Shown one piece after another: positions 1-12,965 of a DNA stretch of 64,000 bases (the stretch's first letter is position 1; every line of letters starts with the position of its first letter). The DNA lies in assembly GCF_000143415.4 (NCBI RefSeq), contig NW_003314359.1, positions 343,477 to 407,476 on the forward strand, given 5' to 3'. The notes under the pieces are model-generated. The model did no database searches. It was not told where the DNA came from and worked only from the letters and a program-made list of their open reading frames with translations. The DNA is from Selaginella moellendorffii (taxonomy: Eukaryota > Plantae > Lycopodiophyta). A program made the translations under genes and the position numbers.

Positions 1-89
1 CAATCTAAAGAAAACTATACCCTCGATACTTCTTCCACTCCATCACCTCCATCGGAGCTCTGGAATTTCTGCCCAACTTTTCTCCGCGG

Positions 90-3053
90 CTACTCGGGCC
101 CAGCTGCAAGGATTTCCTTGGTCAGGTCCGCGTTCCCCACGCTCTGATCTGTAAAGTTCTCGAAGTTCTTCTTAAACAGGCCCGCCAGACGATTCAGGGT
201 CTCGAAATAGGCCTTCTTGTCCCACCACTGCCAAATAATTGAAAGCCTCGTGAGTCCAAATGGAAAGAACGAGAAACGAGAAAGAGGGAAAAAACACAAG
301 AGCTTCTCTTACCATGTTTTCTGGATGGAGGAACTCGGACGGGACACCTTCCACTTGATCTGGAATGTGAAGCTTAAAGATTGGAGTCTCCGAGTAGTTT
401 GCTTCCAGCAGCGAGCCATTGTGGATGGCATCGATGATCTTACGAGTGTAGGCCAGCTTCATTCTCATCCCGACACCATAGCTGATAAAACAAACAAGAT
501 GCCACAACAGTGTGAGATGCATTGCATCATCGAGAGAAGCGCGACAAGGAAAGGTACCTGCCACCCGTCCAGCCAGTGTTGACAAGCCATGCCGTGGCCC
601 CATAAGTTTTCATTTTCTCCGCCAGCATTGCTGCGTAGCGAGTGGGATGGAGCATAATAAAGGCCGCCCCGAAGCAGGCAGAGAAAGTCGCCTGTGGCTC
701 CTTGATTCCATCTTCGGTTCCGGCAACCTGGAAGAATTCAACGCACTTGTAACAATCAATACTTTCTCTTGACGTAGACTTACCAAAGCAGTGTATCCAC
801 TGATGAAGTGGTACATTGTTTGCGGTAAGTCGAGCTTGCTGACAGGAGGGAGGACCCCAAACGCGTCACACGCAAGTAATATCACGTTCTTGGGATGGCC
901 TGCGACGCAAGGAAGTTTGACATTGGGGATGTACTCGATTGGATATGAGGCTCGAGTGTTTTCTACGAAATATTGCACAGTATTAAGAAACACATAAGGA
1001 AAACTTCTTAACACATACCAGTGACACCCTTGTCTTCGTAATCAACTTCACGAGAGTGCTCGTCAAAGACAACGTTTTCCAGCACTGCAAAAACCGATCA
1101 TTGAGCCCGTAGTCTGAATAATTAAAATATCAACTTACCAGTGCCAAACTTGATAGCGTTGAAGATATCAGGTTCTTTCTCCGGTGACAAGTCCACACAT
1201 TTTGCGTAGCAACCACCTTCGATGTTTGAAACACCATTGTCACTCCAGCAGTGCTCGTCGTCACCAATTAAGTACCGGTTGTGGTCCGTCGACAATGTGG
1301 TCTTTCCGGTACCTGACAAGAAAAGTGCAAGGAAGCGATTAGAAAAGCAAAAGGAGGACACGTCCTACCACTAAGCTAGGACCCAATACAATACCTGATA
1401 ATCCAAAAAACAACGCGACATCCCCGGACTTTCCCATATTGCAACCGGAGTGCAACGACAAAATTCCTCTTTTCGGCATAAGGTAGTGCATCACACTGAA
1501 TAGACCCTTCTTCATCTCTCCGGCGTATTGCGTCCCCAGGATCACCATCTCTCTCCTCTTAAGATTAATATCTACACTAGTGGACGACGTCATGTAGTGT
1601 GTATACCGGTTGCAGGGAAACTGGCCAGCGTTATAGATTGTGAAGTCGGGCGCGCCGAAGTCCTCGAGCTCTTCAACAGTCGGACGAATACACCTGACAC
1701 CCATACTTTCAGCACTTCTACACTAGAATCTAGTCCGGTAGACAGGCAAGCAGCTGGCCCAGTAACACACACACACGGCAGAGAAAGGGTTTAGATACGT
1801 ACATGTTGTACATAAACAAGGAATGATACGCCCGTGCTGATATAATTCGGACTTTAATTTTGTTTTCGGGATCCCAATTTAAAAACTGGTCATTGACAAA
1901 CACCTGCGAGCGCAAACACGTCAAAATCCCACCACGACTTGAGAAACTAGCACAAGTCACCTTCTCCAGAGAGTTGAGATAATCCACAGCTCGTTCGCGA
2001 TTGATCAAGAAAGTCTCCGCATCCATTTCAATATTTGGAGAACCTCTGTGAAAGGCAAGGATTAGATTTTTGCAAAACTTTGTTTCAAAAGCTTACTTTC
2101 CCCACCACAGGTCGTCCATGGACGTCTCCTCTCGCACAACGCGTTTGTCTTTAGGAGAGCGTCCAGTCTTAGCTCCAGACAGGGTGGCCAGAGCACCAGT
2201 GGACGTAATGTACGAGCCCTTCTCATACTTGATAGCCTGCTCATACAGCTCTGCCACCACACACATGAAGATCACGTTAAACATCAGCCGAGAGAAACAT
2301 GACAAACCAACAACTTTGCGAGCAAAGAATCAAAGGTGGATGCAATCAGCCGCCAACCCACAACAACCAAACCAGACCAGGAACAAAACCCAACACGTAC
2401 AACTCGTGTGGCTACCAAGTTCACGAAGAACGGAAAAAATAACTAAAGCTAAGCTACGTCCTAGATAGAATCGAAGCAACAGAAAGCAAATGGCTGGAAA
2501 AAAACAATGGAATGGAACAGTGCTTATCACCTGCTGGCGAAAGGTTGTAGAGCACATGAGTGAACTTGAGGGCACTGTCACTGATATTCGGCCTCACAGG
2601 GACCAAGCTGACAGGCTTCTCGATTTTATTCTCGGGATCACCACGGACGACCTGAGGGCCTCTTTCCCGAGTGAGAGAAGCCAAGGAAGCACTACACACA
2701 CAATAAAAAGAGGGATTAGCCAAGAAAATGACCACCACGAATAAAAAATGCGAAGGAACGAACGATCACCTGATGGATTCCATCTGCTGCCTCTCTCCAA
2801 AGGGAGACATGGCGCCGCCTCTGGGAGTGGTGGCTCCCTTGGGCGTCGTCCCCTTAATCGGCGTCGATGGAGCCGATCTCTTCTTCTGGAGCGAGTGGAG
2901 CTCGTCCAGGCTCTGGACCTTGATCGGCGGGACGCTGTCATCGGTGCAAACATCGCGGTGCTTGTGCGTCTTGATCTTGGACAGGCCATTCGGGATCCCA
3001 TTCCCGTTGGTGGCCACCAGCGAATCGGCGCTGCTGCTGTCGGCAGACGCCAT
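90..3053 (-). CDS. PCK1: Phosphoenolpyruvate carboxykinase (ATP), multi-exon
   Basis: Exon ORFs carry PEPCK motifs: [29 protein letters not shown]-loop [11 protein letters not shown] split by an intron, [43 protein letters not shown] of MASADSSS at 3053, stop at 90-92. GT-AG introns lie between the ORF pieces. Confidence 0.96.
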
Positions 3054-4220
3054 CTCCTCCGCTGAGATTTCTGGCGATTCCTGCATCAAGATCAAAGATT
3101 ATCGTGAAATCCCTGCATGGATCGATCGGATCGATGGCAAGAACGAGATATTACGGGCAAAGATTCGTCGAATTGCGCAATGCCGCCGATGCGGAAGGAA
3201 GATCCAATGGCAAAAGCTAGCGGCGAAAAAAGATAGGAGTGCCAAGAGGCAGCTCCTCCGGAGGATTAAAAAACACCCCTAGCTTCGATCATTCCCCAGC
3301 TCAAGAACACACTGAGAGGGGAAGCCTTCCCCCGCCCCCTTTCATATGAAGGCCCCCAATCTCGCTAGCTAACTACGCGTCTAACCGCGCAATTACCCAA
3401 GCGGTAACTTGTGTCCACTCCGTGAACCGGGCGGTACAACGGCGCGGTAGCTAGGTTCGACTCAGGCTCGGAGGCGGGCAGATACGGTGTTTGAGCGGCG
3501 GCTGCGGCAAGGTTCGGTGCAAATAATTGAGGCATGAGAGAAAGGTTCGGCAATAAGGTCCGGTACAAAGAGCTAGGCCCGGTCGCAAGGTTCGTGGGTG
3601 GGATTCCAAAGCTACGCAGACCTGAAATATTCCGCTTGTGTCAGGCTGCCTGATTGCCGGCGTCAGCGCGCCGCGCAGGCACTTGACTGACGCCGCTAGC
3701 AAGCGGAGTGACAGATTCATGCCGTCCACGTGGATACACACGTGCCTGTGATCCAGCCGTTGCCCCACCGAAATAGAAAGCGGATGAAAAACGACGCATC
3801 CCAGCCGCCGGGGACGACCGGCCGGATCACTTCCACGTGTATCGCATCTATTGAGATCCAAGTTTGAGCCATTCGCGCGGCGAGAGTTGAGAATCAAGAT
3901 GGATTGTTGTTATCGTCGCATCATCGATCGCCAATCTTATCAAACAAGCAGCACCATGGGTTTGACCTTTGATTTTTTGGAGCACTCCACATTTGAAGCA
4001 TCACGGGCGGAAAATAAAGAAAGAGAAAAAAAGAAAGGTCGCGCGGCTTTTGATACCTCAGTGCGCAAATCCGACTGAATCTGGATCCAAAGTTAAAAAG
4101 AGTCATGATCCACATGGCGTAGAAAACGTATGTTTTGCCAAATGAAAAATACAAGAGTATGGTACCTTTTGACACACCAGGAAACTTCGTTGGTTCAACT
4201 TTAATCGCGTTTGATCGAGA

Positions 4221-5806
4221 TCAGTGAGCTCGGGTCATCCTCATCTTTGGCATGGATTTCTTGAGCTGCTTCGCGCGCTCCTTCTCTTCCTTCCTGCGGA
4301 GGGCCTCGGGGCTCAAGCGCGACTCGAGCTCCTCGGCGGCCCTTCGTTTCTCCTCTCGCTTGCGAGTCATGGCTTCGTGGCGAGCGTTTTGGGCCTGCTT
4401 CAACGCTTCCTGCTGCGACTTTTGCCTTGCCGGGTCGACTTTCGCCCGAGCCTGCAGGGAATAAACAAAGCGAGAAATTGAAACGTTTAGCAGGAAACTT
4501 CGAAAGAAAATACCACCTGTGGACTAAGTTTGTAGCGGCCAACCGCATCGATGAAATGAGGAACCATCTGGATCAGTCGAGAAATCTCTCCCATGCGGTT
4601 TGCAGGCGGGAGATAAAACTTGAACTGGAGGAGCTTCCTGTGCACACCGAGGGGATACACATCCGACAAGTGAAGAGAAACAAAGTTGGCTCCGTGTTCT
4701 TTGAACGTCTTCTCTCCAAGGGCCTGCCAAATTCATACTCTGTCATCTCGAATAATCGAAATCTATAGAAAGACAAAGAAAAACCATGATAGATGGTTAC
4801 GTACCATATCCAAAACCGCGTCGGTGAGCAAATCGTTCGAGACTTCCCGCGACTCTGCAATGACTGCGAGATCCTCAGACAAGGATTTACCTCGCGAGGA
4901 CGGCGTCAAGATGGTCGCAAACTGCTGCAAATCTCGTACGTCTTTGCTCATCGCCTTGGCATTCTTTCGACGTGCCACTGCCGCGACAACGTTGTCCATG
5001 CTCTCGTCGTTCATGAAGACCTGGATGGTGATCTCGTCTTTCGCCGGCATCACGTAGTACCAGAGGCAAGAGATTAAGTCTTGCCTGTTCTTAAGCTCCA
5101 TCGTCGCGAGCATTCCCTGGCAGTACCTCCTCCCAGAAGCGTAGAACTTGAAAACGTTCTGCCCTTCCTTCATGAGTAGCGCCGCATCCTCCGCCTCTCC
5201 GATCCCCAACAAGCTAAAGTTCTTCTCGAAGATGCTGCCTTTGCCTGCGTACTCACCAGCCCAGGCCAAGGCAATCTTCTCGTTTTCCTTCCTTCCGAGA
5301 AAGTACTTCGCCGCGTAAGCCACCAAGAACACCACTGAGAAGGCCTCCATGTAGTAGTTTTGAGGACCGCTGGGAGCTCGGCGATTGCTACTCGGGCTTG
5401 GCGAAGTCTTTGCAGGAGCAGCTTCTTCCGGCTCCGGATCTTCACTCGGCAAGCCCTCGAACTCATCCTCGTCCCACTGCTCCTGCTGCCTCCGAGGCTT
5501 TTCCACGCTCGCAACAGGCTCTTGGATTCTTTCCTCACGGTCCACTTCCGGCTTCTCGAACGGATGATGAGCTGCCGGAGGCCCGCGGTCGGTCTCGAAG
5601 CCGGGACGTCTAACGGCGTGTGGAGGAACCACAATCGGCGCTTCTCCATCAAATTCCTCATCCAGCTCGTCTCCAAAGCCATCGAAATCGGTCGCCCCAC
5701 TGCCAGGGACTGGAGAAAACGCGGATGTCCGCACCACCTCCTGGCCCAGAATCGCAACGACCGAGATCACAGCCAGACACCACCATAGCTGCTGGTCGAG
5801 CCGCAA
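4221..5806 (-). CDS. CCDC47: CCDC47/DUF1682 ER membrane protein (PAT complex subunit), multi-exon; start uncertain
   Basis: Signal peptide, acidic region, TM helix, then GRKENEKIALAW, FKFYASGRRYCQGM, LKNRQDL, and a charged C-terminal helix ending LKKSMPKMRM. The listed start is a TTG, so the true start is probably in an upstream exon near 5870-5950. Confidence 0.85.
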
Positions 5807-6109
5807 GGATCTTAGCCTGCTACCACGCGCTCCATTCAGATCCTAGACCGTGAAAGAAACCACTTACCTGGCGCTGGATTTCGTGAAGATCTTGGCTCCG
5901 GATCCTCCCCCGGCGATGAGAGCCGCCGCCACAAGCCCCACCGTCATCGCCATCGCTACTAGGGCTTTCTACCGACGTCAGCCCTAAAACTAAAGGTTTT
6001 TCGCGCCACTCTATTTTAACATTTTGGGCGAGAGGGAATCGAGGAGCCCCGGAAACGACAATTCTGCCGCGAGTAGAACTTTAGCGCAGACGGCTGTGTT
6101 CTTGCGACC

Positions 6110-6586
6110 ATGGCGGTCTGGCGAGGAGGAACGTCGGCAGTGATCCGAGCTCCAATCGACAAGGTATGGGAAGCTACGCGTGACTTTGCTGGAATTCTAG
6201 ATTGGACGGGGCTAGCGCTCTCGGTCCCGGGCCTGGAGATGACGATCACGAGCGGCGAACCGCCAATTCCAGGCTGCGTGAGGTGCTTCACGGTCGCGCA
6301 GCCGGATGGGGGCAAGATCGTCTTGGCTCGCGAGACGCTGCTGGAATTCGACGAGGAGCAGCACAGGTTCAAGTATCGCGTGGACGATCACAAGGTTTTG
6401 GACGGCTATGTCGCGACCTTCGCACTGTCCAGGCAGGGGGACGGCGGGGATGCAGCGACGCTGCTGGAATGGACGTACGAGATTCCGGCAGATGAAGCCG
6501 ATCCATCCAAAGAAGGTGCTGTCGACAAGGAAGCTATGGGATTATACCACCTCTGCATCGAATCCCTCAAGAAGATCCTCGAGTAA
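6110..6586 (+). CDS. Polyketide cyclase/Bet v1-like (SRPBCC) protein
   Basis: Intact 158-aa ORF with IRAPIDKVWE...DF, PGCVRCF, ARETLLEFDEEQHRFKYRV, GYVATF, LEWTYE. Confidence 0.85.
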   Translation: MAVWRGGTSAVIRAPIDKVWEATRDFAGILDWTGLALSVPGLEMTITSGEPPIPGCVRCFTVAQPDGGKIVLARETLLEFDEEQHRFKYRVDDHKVLDGYVATFALSRQGDGGDAATLLEWTYEIPADEADPSKEGAVDKEAMGLYHLCIESLKKILE

Positions 6587-6959
6587 GACTGGCAGATACT
6601 TTATTTGTCCCAAAGAATAAGTGGTTGGGAAATTAGGCCTTTTCTTCCCATCTAGCCATGAATATTCCTTACTTTATTTTATCTATAAAGAAGGATCGAA
6701 CCCGAGATTCAGAGACCAAGGTGGGGCAGGGATTTCTCCCGAAAAAGAGAGGAATCTCCGAAATATCGAGAGAAAGCTTACTGAATTCGATGAGAGGATT
6801 GGCTAAGCTCGTTTAGTGAGCTGGCGAACCAGAACTAGGGTTACTTAAATTTTTAAGGGCTATGGCAAATTTAAAAAAACCTTTCGCGCCAGAATTCTAG
6901 TGCAATCGGGGAGCCCCGCGAGAACAAAACTTGGCGCACGGGAGGAGTGTTTTCCCACG

Positions 6960-7398
6960 ATGGAGATCTGGCGAGGAGGAGCTTCTGCAGTGATCCGAGC
7001 TCCAGTCGACAAGGTATGGAATGCCACGCGTGATTTTGCTGGAATTTTAGAATGGGCTCTCTTTCCCCGGCCTGGAGATGACGGGGAATCGCCAAATTCC
7101 AGGCTGCGTGAGGCGCTTCACGATTGCGCAGCCGGATGGGAGCAAGATCGTCTATGCTAATGAGAGGCTGTTGGAGTTCGAGGAAGAACAGCAGAGATTC
7201 AAGTATCGCGTGGATGATAACAAGCTCTGGCGCGGCTATGTTGGCGCTCTCCAGCCAAGGGGACGGCGGGGATGCGCAGACTCTGGTCGAATGGACGTAC
7301 GAGATGAAGCCGATCCATCCAAAGAGGCTGCTGTCAACAAGGAAGCCATGAGCGTATACCACCCGTGCATTGAATCCCTCAAGGACCTCTTCGAGTAG
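6960..7398 (+). pseudogene. Tandem SRPBCC paralog, frameshifted
   Basis: Near-identical DNA to 6110-6586, but the protein is split across three frames (ORFs 6900, 7078, 7124) by small indels. Confidence 0.85.
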
Positions 7399-7511
7399 AT
7401 GAAATTGAAAACTAAAGAATACTCGTCGTCGCAAACCAACTTCTTTACGTTGATCTTAACAATAATCAAAGAATCGATTCAACGAAGCTAGCAGCCACGA
7501 CTATAGCACTT

Positions 7512-7585
7512 GCTCTCGTGGCCAAATTGGACAAGGCACTTGACTTCTAATCAAGGGATTGTGGGTTCGAGTCCCACCGGGAGTG
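7512..7585 (+). tRNA. trnR-UCU: tRNA-Arg (anticodon TCT)
   Basis: Cloverleaf: acceptor GCTCTCG/CGGGAGT, D arm GCC..GGC, anticodon stem CTTGA/TCAAG with loop CT-TCT-AA (TCT 7546-7548), T arm GTGGG-TTCGAGT-CCCAC. A T-rich tract follows. Confidence 0.96.
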
Positions 7586-9539
7586 TTTCTTCTTCGATTT
7601 CGATGTTTGGCATCACATTACAAGCGTTGCTTGGCATGTAAATCATGTCGCTTAAGTTTTGCGTCTTCGCTTAAAGATCAACAGCTAAGTGGATCAACAC
7701 AAAAAGTTTTTGTCAAAGCAACAGCCACAAGACAATTCGCTTTGGTGGCGATGTTGGTGTTTTGGACAATGACAAAGCGGGCATTTGTTTATTCGCCTAA
7801 GATTCGTCACTGTAGGCTCTCACTTCGGGCCCCTTTGGGAAATACATTTTCTCCATGGGGCATTGCCGCATTGGAATCTTCATTCCTCGAAAAGATGTTT
7901 GTTTTCTGGCCTAAAGTTGTCACTTTGCAGAGATTGACTGCCCAGCCCGGGAACGAAAATTTTCCGGGCAGCATGCCATGATCAATCTACAAGTAGCGCC
8001 TAGAAAGCACTTAACAACAACAATAAAGCCTTAGAAAAATAGTGTCGATTGAGTTTCTTATTGAGCGGAAAAAGCTGGCCCTGTCCTCCAATATAATCAG
8101 TGTCCCAAGCCAATGCCACTATTCTATGGGATCCAAGTGAGTGGCGTACGGACTGGAAACCTCAGTGATGATCGTCCTTTCGATATGTATATTTCCTCTC
8201 GAATCCACAGTACACCACACACAAGCACGGTCTTCCTGATGGATCGACACGACGAGACCCAATTGATACATTCATTCATGGCCAACAAGAAAAACACAAA
8301 GAATACGAGCATTCCGCCAAGTTAGCTGCGATCGATCTATCCGAGAGAGAGCGAGCGAGAGCGAGCGAGAGAGGTGGGCAAACACATGCCCTGTTCGTCC
8401 AAGCTCCGACCGCGAGGAGCAGGTTCCAACCAAACTCCAGCGGGGGCCGTACGCGAATATGCCATTCCGTACGAAACGTGCGTGCCGTACGGGGGTGCCC
8501 ACACGGCATATTCCAGATCTGCCGTACTCATGGCCATCCCCACCATTCATGCGCGCGTGTGTGTGTGCGCGCGTTGTGTTTGTGTGTGTTGTTGTGTGTG
8601 TCTCCACTTTAAAGTCCCTCTCTTCTTCTACCCTGCTCCCATTCTCGCGACATCCAAACGTTGGACTGCTGATCCATCCGCCCGTGTGTAAAGGGCAGCT
8701 ACCATCGATCCACCGGGCCGCCGGGCAGGCAAGCATCGACGTAGTACTTATCCTGGGGAGCAATGCGACAACACCACCTCTTTGGCGGCGGCGGCGGCGG
8801 CGGCGGCGAGGAGCTGGAAGGGCGCGATTGACCACCGGGGCGCGACAATGGATGGCTGGAGTGATGATCGCGGCGGCAGCGGGCATTCCGTTTAGGTCAG
8901 TGGCGAGGCAGCGAAGCAGCGAGGCCACGATTCGATCGCTACCCATCTTTGGGCCGCTGTTGGTTGTCCCCTTTTGTCCCCATCGACGCTTGGGGAAATT
9001 CTTCCCTGGCCCCTCGCCCGGGAAGGGCGCCGCCACCTCCCTATTCTTTCTCGGGCTCCTTCCCAACACTCTGGGAGCTCGGCGACGCGCCACTGTGATG
9101 CCGCGCTTCGATCGCCAAGCTCGAGATCGGTGAGAGTGAGAGAAGCGAGAGAGAGGGAGGGAGAGAGACGGGGATGATTCTTCCTTCTTCGAGCGAGAGA
9201 TCACTGCGCTGTCTTCTCTTTTTTCTCGTTCGAGGAATTCGAGCACAGTGGCCGCTTATCACATTCGCCCAGAGCTCCGTACCCAAGTGATGGTTTTCTT
9301 GATCCATCCCCCTGATCCTTGATGGGTCGCTTCCAATCCCTCGCAGCCCATCGTTTTCGTCCTCCTCCCTCACAGCTCTTGGCTCTATCGCTCTCAGACC
9401 ATCGCTAGAAGCAAGCGAGCAAAGCGAACGACCGTCCTTATCTTCTCTTGCTCTCTCTCTCTCTCTCTCTCGCTCTCTCTCTCTCCCCCGCATTTTCCAT
9501 TGCGACGAGGAAGAATTCTTTTCTATCTTCACCGCCCAG

Positions 9540-11339
9540 ATGTGGAACTGCGAGGGAGGAGGGGGTGGTGGTGGTGGTGGTGGTGGAGCTGGCGGCGCCG
9601 CCGGGGGTGGCGGAGCAGGATTCCAATTGCCGGACGTCCAGATGATCCAGCAGCAGCAGCAGCACTTTAATCGGTGGGGTGGGGATTTGGAGCTCGCATC
9701 CAGTCCCTACTTCTTGCTCGATGCCGCGGTGTGGGGATCCGATTTGGAGCTGGCCAGCCCCGGTGGATTCGACTCGTGTATCATGGACTCGTCGTGGACG
9801 TCTAGTAAAGATCAGCCGCATTGTTGTGCCGCTCCAGCCGCTCAAGGTACGCAAAGAATTCTTGTCGAGTCTCTGTTCGAATTCTTCTTGTTTTTTCTTC
9901 GTTTTGCTCGTAAGTTTGCGTTGCGTGCGTGTGCGATTTCTCTCTCTTTTGATCTCGTTTGTTTGTCTCGAACTTGCAAGAGTCGTCATGGAACTTGGAA
10001 AACAATTAGTTTGTCAATTGGTTCTAGAGCTTTAGATCTTTGGGTTTCTCTTTTGTTTTCCAAGCGTTGCCTGTGGACCGATTTCATGGAACTTGTGAAA
10101 AACACTCGTTTTGGTGCATGTTGTTTTGTGTTTGTGACCTTGTATTTCCTCGCTTTGCCGATCGACTTGTAGATTTCCAATGTGGTCCATCTTCTTTTGT
10201 AGGCCTAGAGACCATTCCAAGCCCCACGTCCAGTGCGGTGTCAATCAGGAACTTAAGCCACCATAGCTCGCAGCAGCAAAACTTAGTTCCTAGGCAGCAA
10301 CAACAAAATCTTCATCACCAACATCACCACCATCAAGAACAACATGACCATCACCAAGATCATCAACAACAATATCACCTACCAGAGCAGCAGCAGCAGC
10401 AATCCTCTTTTCAGGCAAATAACTTATCCGATCACCACCTGGACGTCTCGTCCTCGTCAAGCGTGAGCAGCTTGTTCAACCGGGCTAGCATCTCCGGCGC
10501 CGACTCTGACGCAAACCATCACCACCACCACCACCATAACCATCACAGTCACAGTCACAGTCACCCTCACCACCACCACCACCACCACCACCACCACCGC
10601 CAGCAAGAACAACAGCCCCAGCAGCAGCAGCAAAGATCCAACTGCGGTGACGAGAGCGTCGGGAGTCCCTCGGGAGGCTCGATTGGATTCAACCGAAACG
10701 AAGGTGGTGGCGACGGTGGCGATGGTAACGCCAATGCAGGTGCTATAGTCACCGTTTGCGACGGCGCAAACGACCTGGTTGATGTGAGCAACAAGGTGAC
10801 GTGCAGTGGCTTCCGCGGCCCAACCGAGAGGATGATGGACATAAGCCTCGAAGATCTCTCCCGCTACTTCACCATGCCGATCACTCAGGCGTCCAAGGAG
10901 CTCAAAGTCGGCCTCACCGTGCTCAAGAAGCGGTGCCGCGAGTTTGGGATCCCCCGGTGGCCTCACCGCAAGCTCAAGAGCCTCGAGAGCTTGATACACA
11001 AGAGCCAGGTTAGTGTTCTTTCCTTGTTCCTGGTCGAAAGTTCTTCCGTGAACTTCTGGCTTTACTTGCCAGGAGTTAGCCAAGGATTCGGATGGAAACG
11101 CTCCAAACCCGGTGATCCACGCGGTTCACGAGCTGGAGAAGCAGAAGAAGAAGATGGAGGAGAGCCCGGGGATGGAGCTGGACGATCGAACCAAGCGGTT
11201 CCGCCAGGCAATCTTCAAAGCCAGCTACAAGCAGCGGCGGCGAGCGGTAGCTCCCTGTAGAAACGGTGGCAGCGGCGGTGGAAACTCTGATTCTTCCCAC
11301 AACGATGGATCCACCGAGCAGCAAGAGCAGCAGCAGTGA
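9540..11339 (+). CDS. RKD: RWP-RK domain transcription factor (RKD-like), three coding exons
   Basis: [44 protein letters not shown], followed by the RKD-type C-terminal helix [17 protein letters not shown]. Phase-compatible introns at about 9848-10171 and 11009-11071. Poly-Q/H N-terminus. Confidence 0.9.
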
Positions 11340-11674
11340 AAAAATTCAGGGGCTCCCTTTAGTCCAAAGGCGACCATTTTGTGACCATTTTTTCTCTTGT
11401 TTTTCCTCCCCTTCAAGCTAACAGCAGCAAAGCTTTGGAATTTCGCAAGGAAGAGAGATCAAACCACGCAGTCGATCATAGAGAAGAATTTTTGTTCGCC
11501 TCTAATTTTTAACCAAACGAGAGAGAGAGAGAGAGAGAGAGATAGAAGTACCTTTTTCATTCAAGTTGGCTGTGGCGGGAACACCCACGTCTATAAGGAA
11601 GTGTGCCCTAATTCGTTGTAAGAGGAAAGGGTTTTCGGTTTTTTCTTGCGCGATCGATCAATCCGTGGCTAGCT

Positions 11675-12808
11675 ATGAGATCGGCGAAGAGGAAGATCGT
11701 GGAGCATGAGCATGAGTATGAGCGGCAGCAGCAGCAGAATGGAAAGGTGGGTGAGGATCGTCATGAAAAGGATCTGGTGAGGAGCACCAAGCGGAAGAAG
11801 GCCTATCCCCAGCTCCGGCACTGCCTGGTCGAGGAGAGCTTGTTCCAAGACCTCGATCACAGCGAGGATGATGATCGGAGCTCCGGCGACGACGTCCAGC
11901 AGGCCGGGGGATGCAATGGGTTGTATGCGCTGAGGGCAAATCCTAAGAAGAACCTCAAGTTTGCGGAGGAGCAGATCAAGAAGAAGAAGCTGATCAGCAA
12001 GGGCAAGGATCACGCGTGCCCGGAGTGTGGCAAGGAGTTCGTATCGATCAAAGGGCTGTCGGGACACATGCGATGCCATCCGGAGTCGCGGATCGCGAGG
12101 GCCGCCGCCGCTATCGCTCCGCCCAGCCCCGCGAAGATCAAAATCAAGGAGGTGATCGAGGAGCCCGACTACGAGAGCGACACGAGCCTGGAGCAAGTCT
12201 ATCTCCGGCACTGGGCCAGGGAGGAGGAGGAAAAGAAGAAAAAGATGGGAGCTTTGATGGTCGAGGAGGTGGCCATGGAGGAAAAGGGGGAGGAGAATTC
12301 TTCCAAGGTTGTGATCCATGACGATCCATTGCCGCAGTGGCAGCCATTGAAGATTAGGATCAAGTGCTCCTCCCGGGCCCTTGATCCGACTGGCGGCGGC
12401 GGCGGCGGCAATGTGGCGGAGGGATCTCGTAAAGGGGATGGTTGCCGTCTTGGAGGAAAAGATCAATCGACTGGGGGAGCGGCGGTTGTCGAGTGCTCTC
12501 GGTGTAAACTCGCATTTGAATCGAGCACGGCGCTGGCTGCCCACCACTGCGTGAGGAAGATGTCGCGCAAGAGCAAGATCATCAGCACCAAGATCGAGGA
12601 CGCCTTGCCCAGCAACGGCGATCCAGGCGTGGTCAACGTGCCCGTTGACATTATTGCTGACCGTGTTGACGAGGAGGACGAGGTGGTGTGCGTTGACAAG
12701 GGTTTGACTGGAGGTTTTAAGTGCCTGAACTGCCACCGGGTTTTTGCGACCGGAAAGGCTCTCGGGGGTCACAAGCACAGCCCTTGCGGTCGAAAATGCT
12801 TTGTGTAA
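11675..12808 (+). CDS. C2H2 zinc-finger protein (ZAT4/ZAT9-like, three fingers)
   Basis: YALRANPKK motif; CPECGKEF..KGLSGHMRCH; CSRC..ALAAH; CLNC..KALGGHKH. Confidence 0.8.
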   Translation: MRSAKRKIVEHEHEYERQQQQNGKVGEDRHEKDLVRSTKRKKAYPQLRHCLVEESLFQDLDHSEDDDRSSGDDVQQAGGCNGLYALRANPKKNLKFAEEQIKKKKLISKGKDHACPECGKEFVSIKGLSGHMRCHPESRIARAAAAIAPPSPAKIKIKEVIEEPDYESDTSLEQVYLRHWAREEEEKKKKMGALMVEEVAMEEKGEENSSKVVIHDDPLPQWQPLKIRIKCSSRALDPTGGGGGGNVAEGSRKGDGCRLGGKDQSTGGAAVVECSRCKLAFESSTALAAHHCVRKMSRKSKIISTKIEDALPSNGDPGVVNVPVDIIADRVDEEDEVVCVDKGLTGGFKCLNCHRVFATGKALGGHKHSPCGRKCFV

Positions 12809-12965
12809 CTTTAATTTCTGTAAAACCTCTTGCCAACCTTTTAGGGTTCTTCAACTTCTACTCATAATAATATTTAAATTCGCCTAAATATAAAACACTT
12901 TAAGACTAGCTTCAACAAAAATAAGATTATTTCTTAAACATTTTCTATCTTCTTACATGACCAAT

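Noticed and set aside
8272-9532. 324-aa, 224-aa and 163-aa ORFs upstream of the RKD gene
   Set aside because: GC-rich, microsatellite-laden promoter/5' UTR sequence (GA, GT, GCG repeats) with no recognisable domain.
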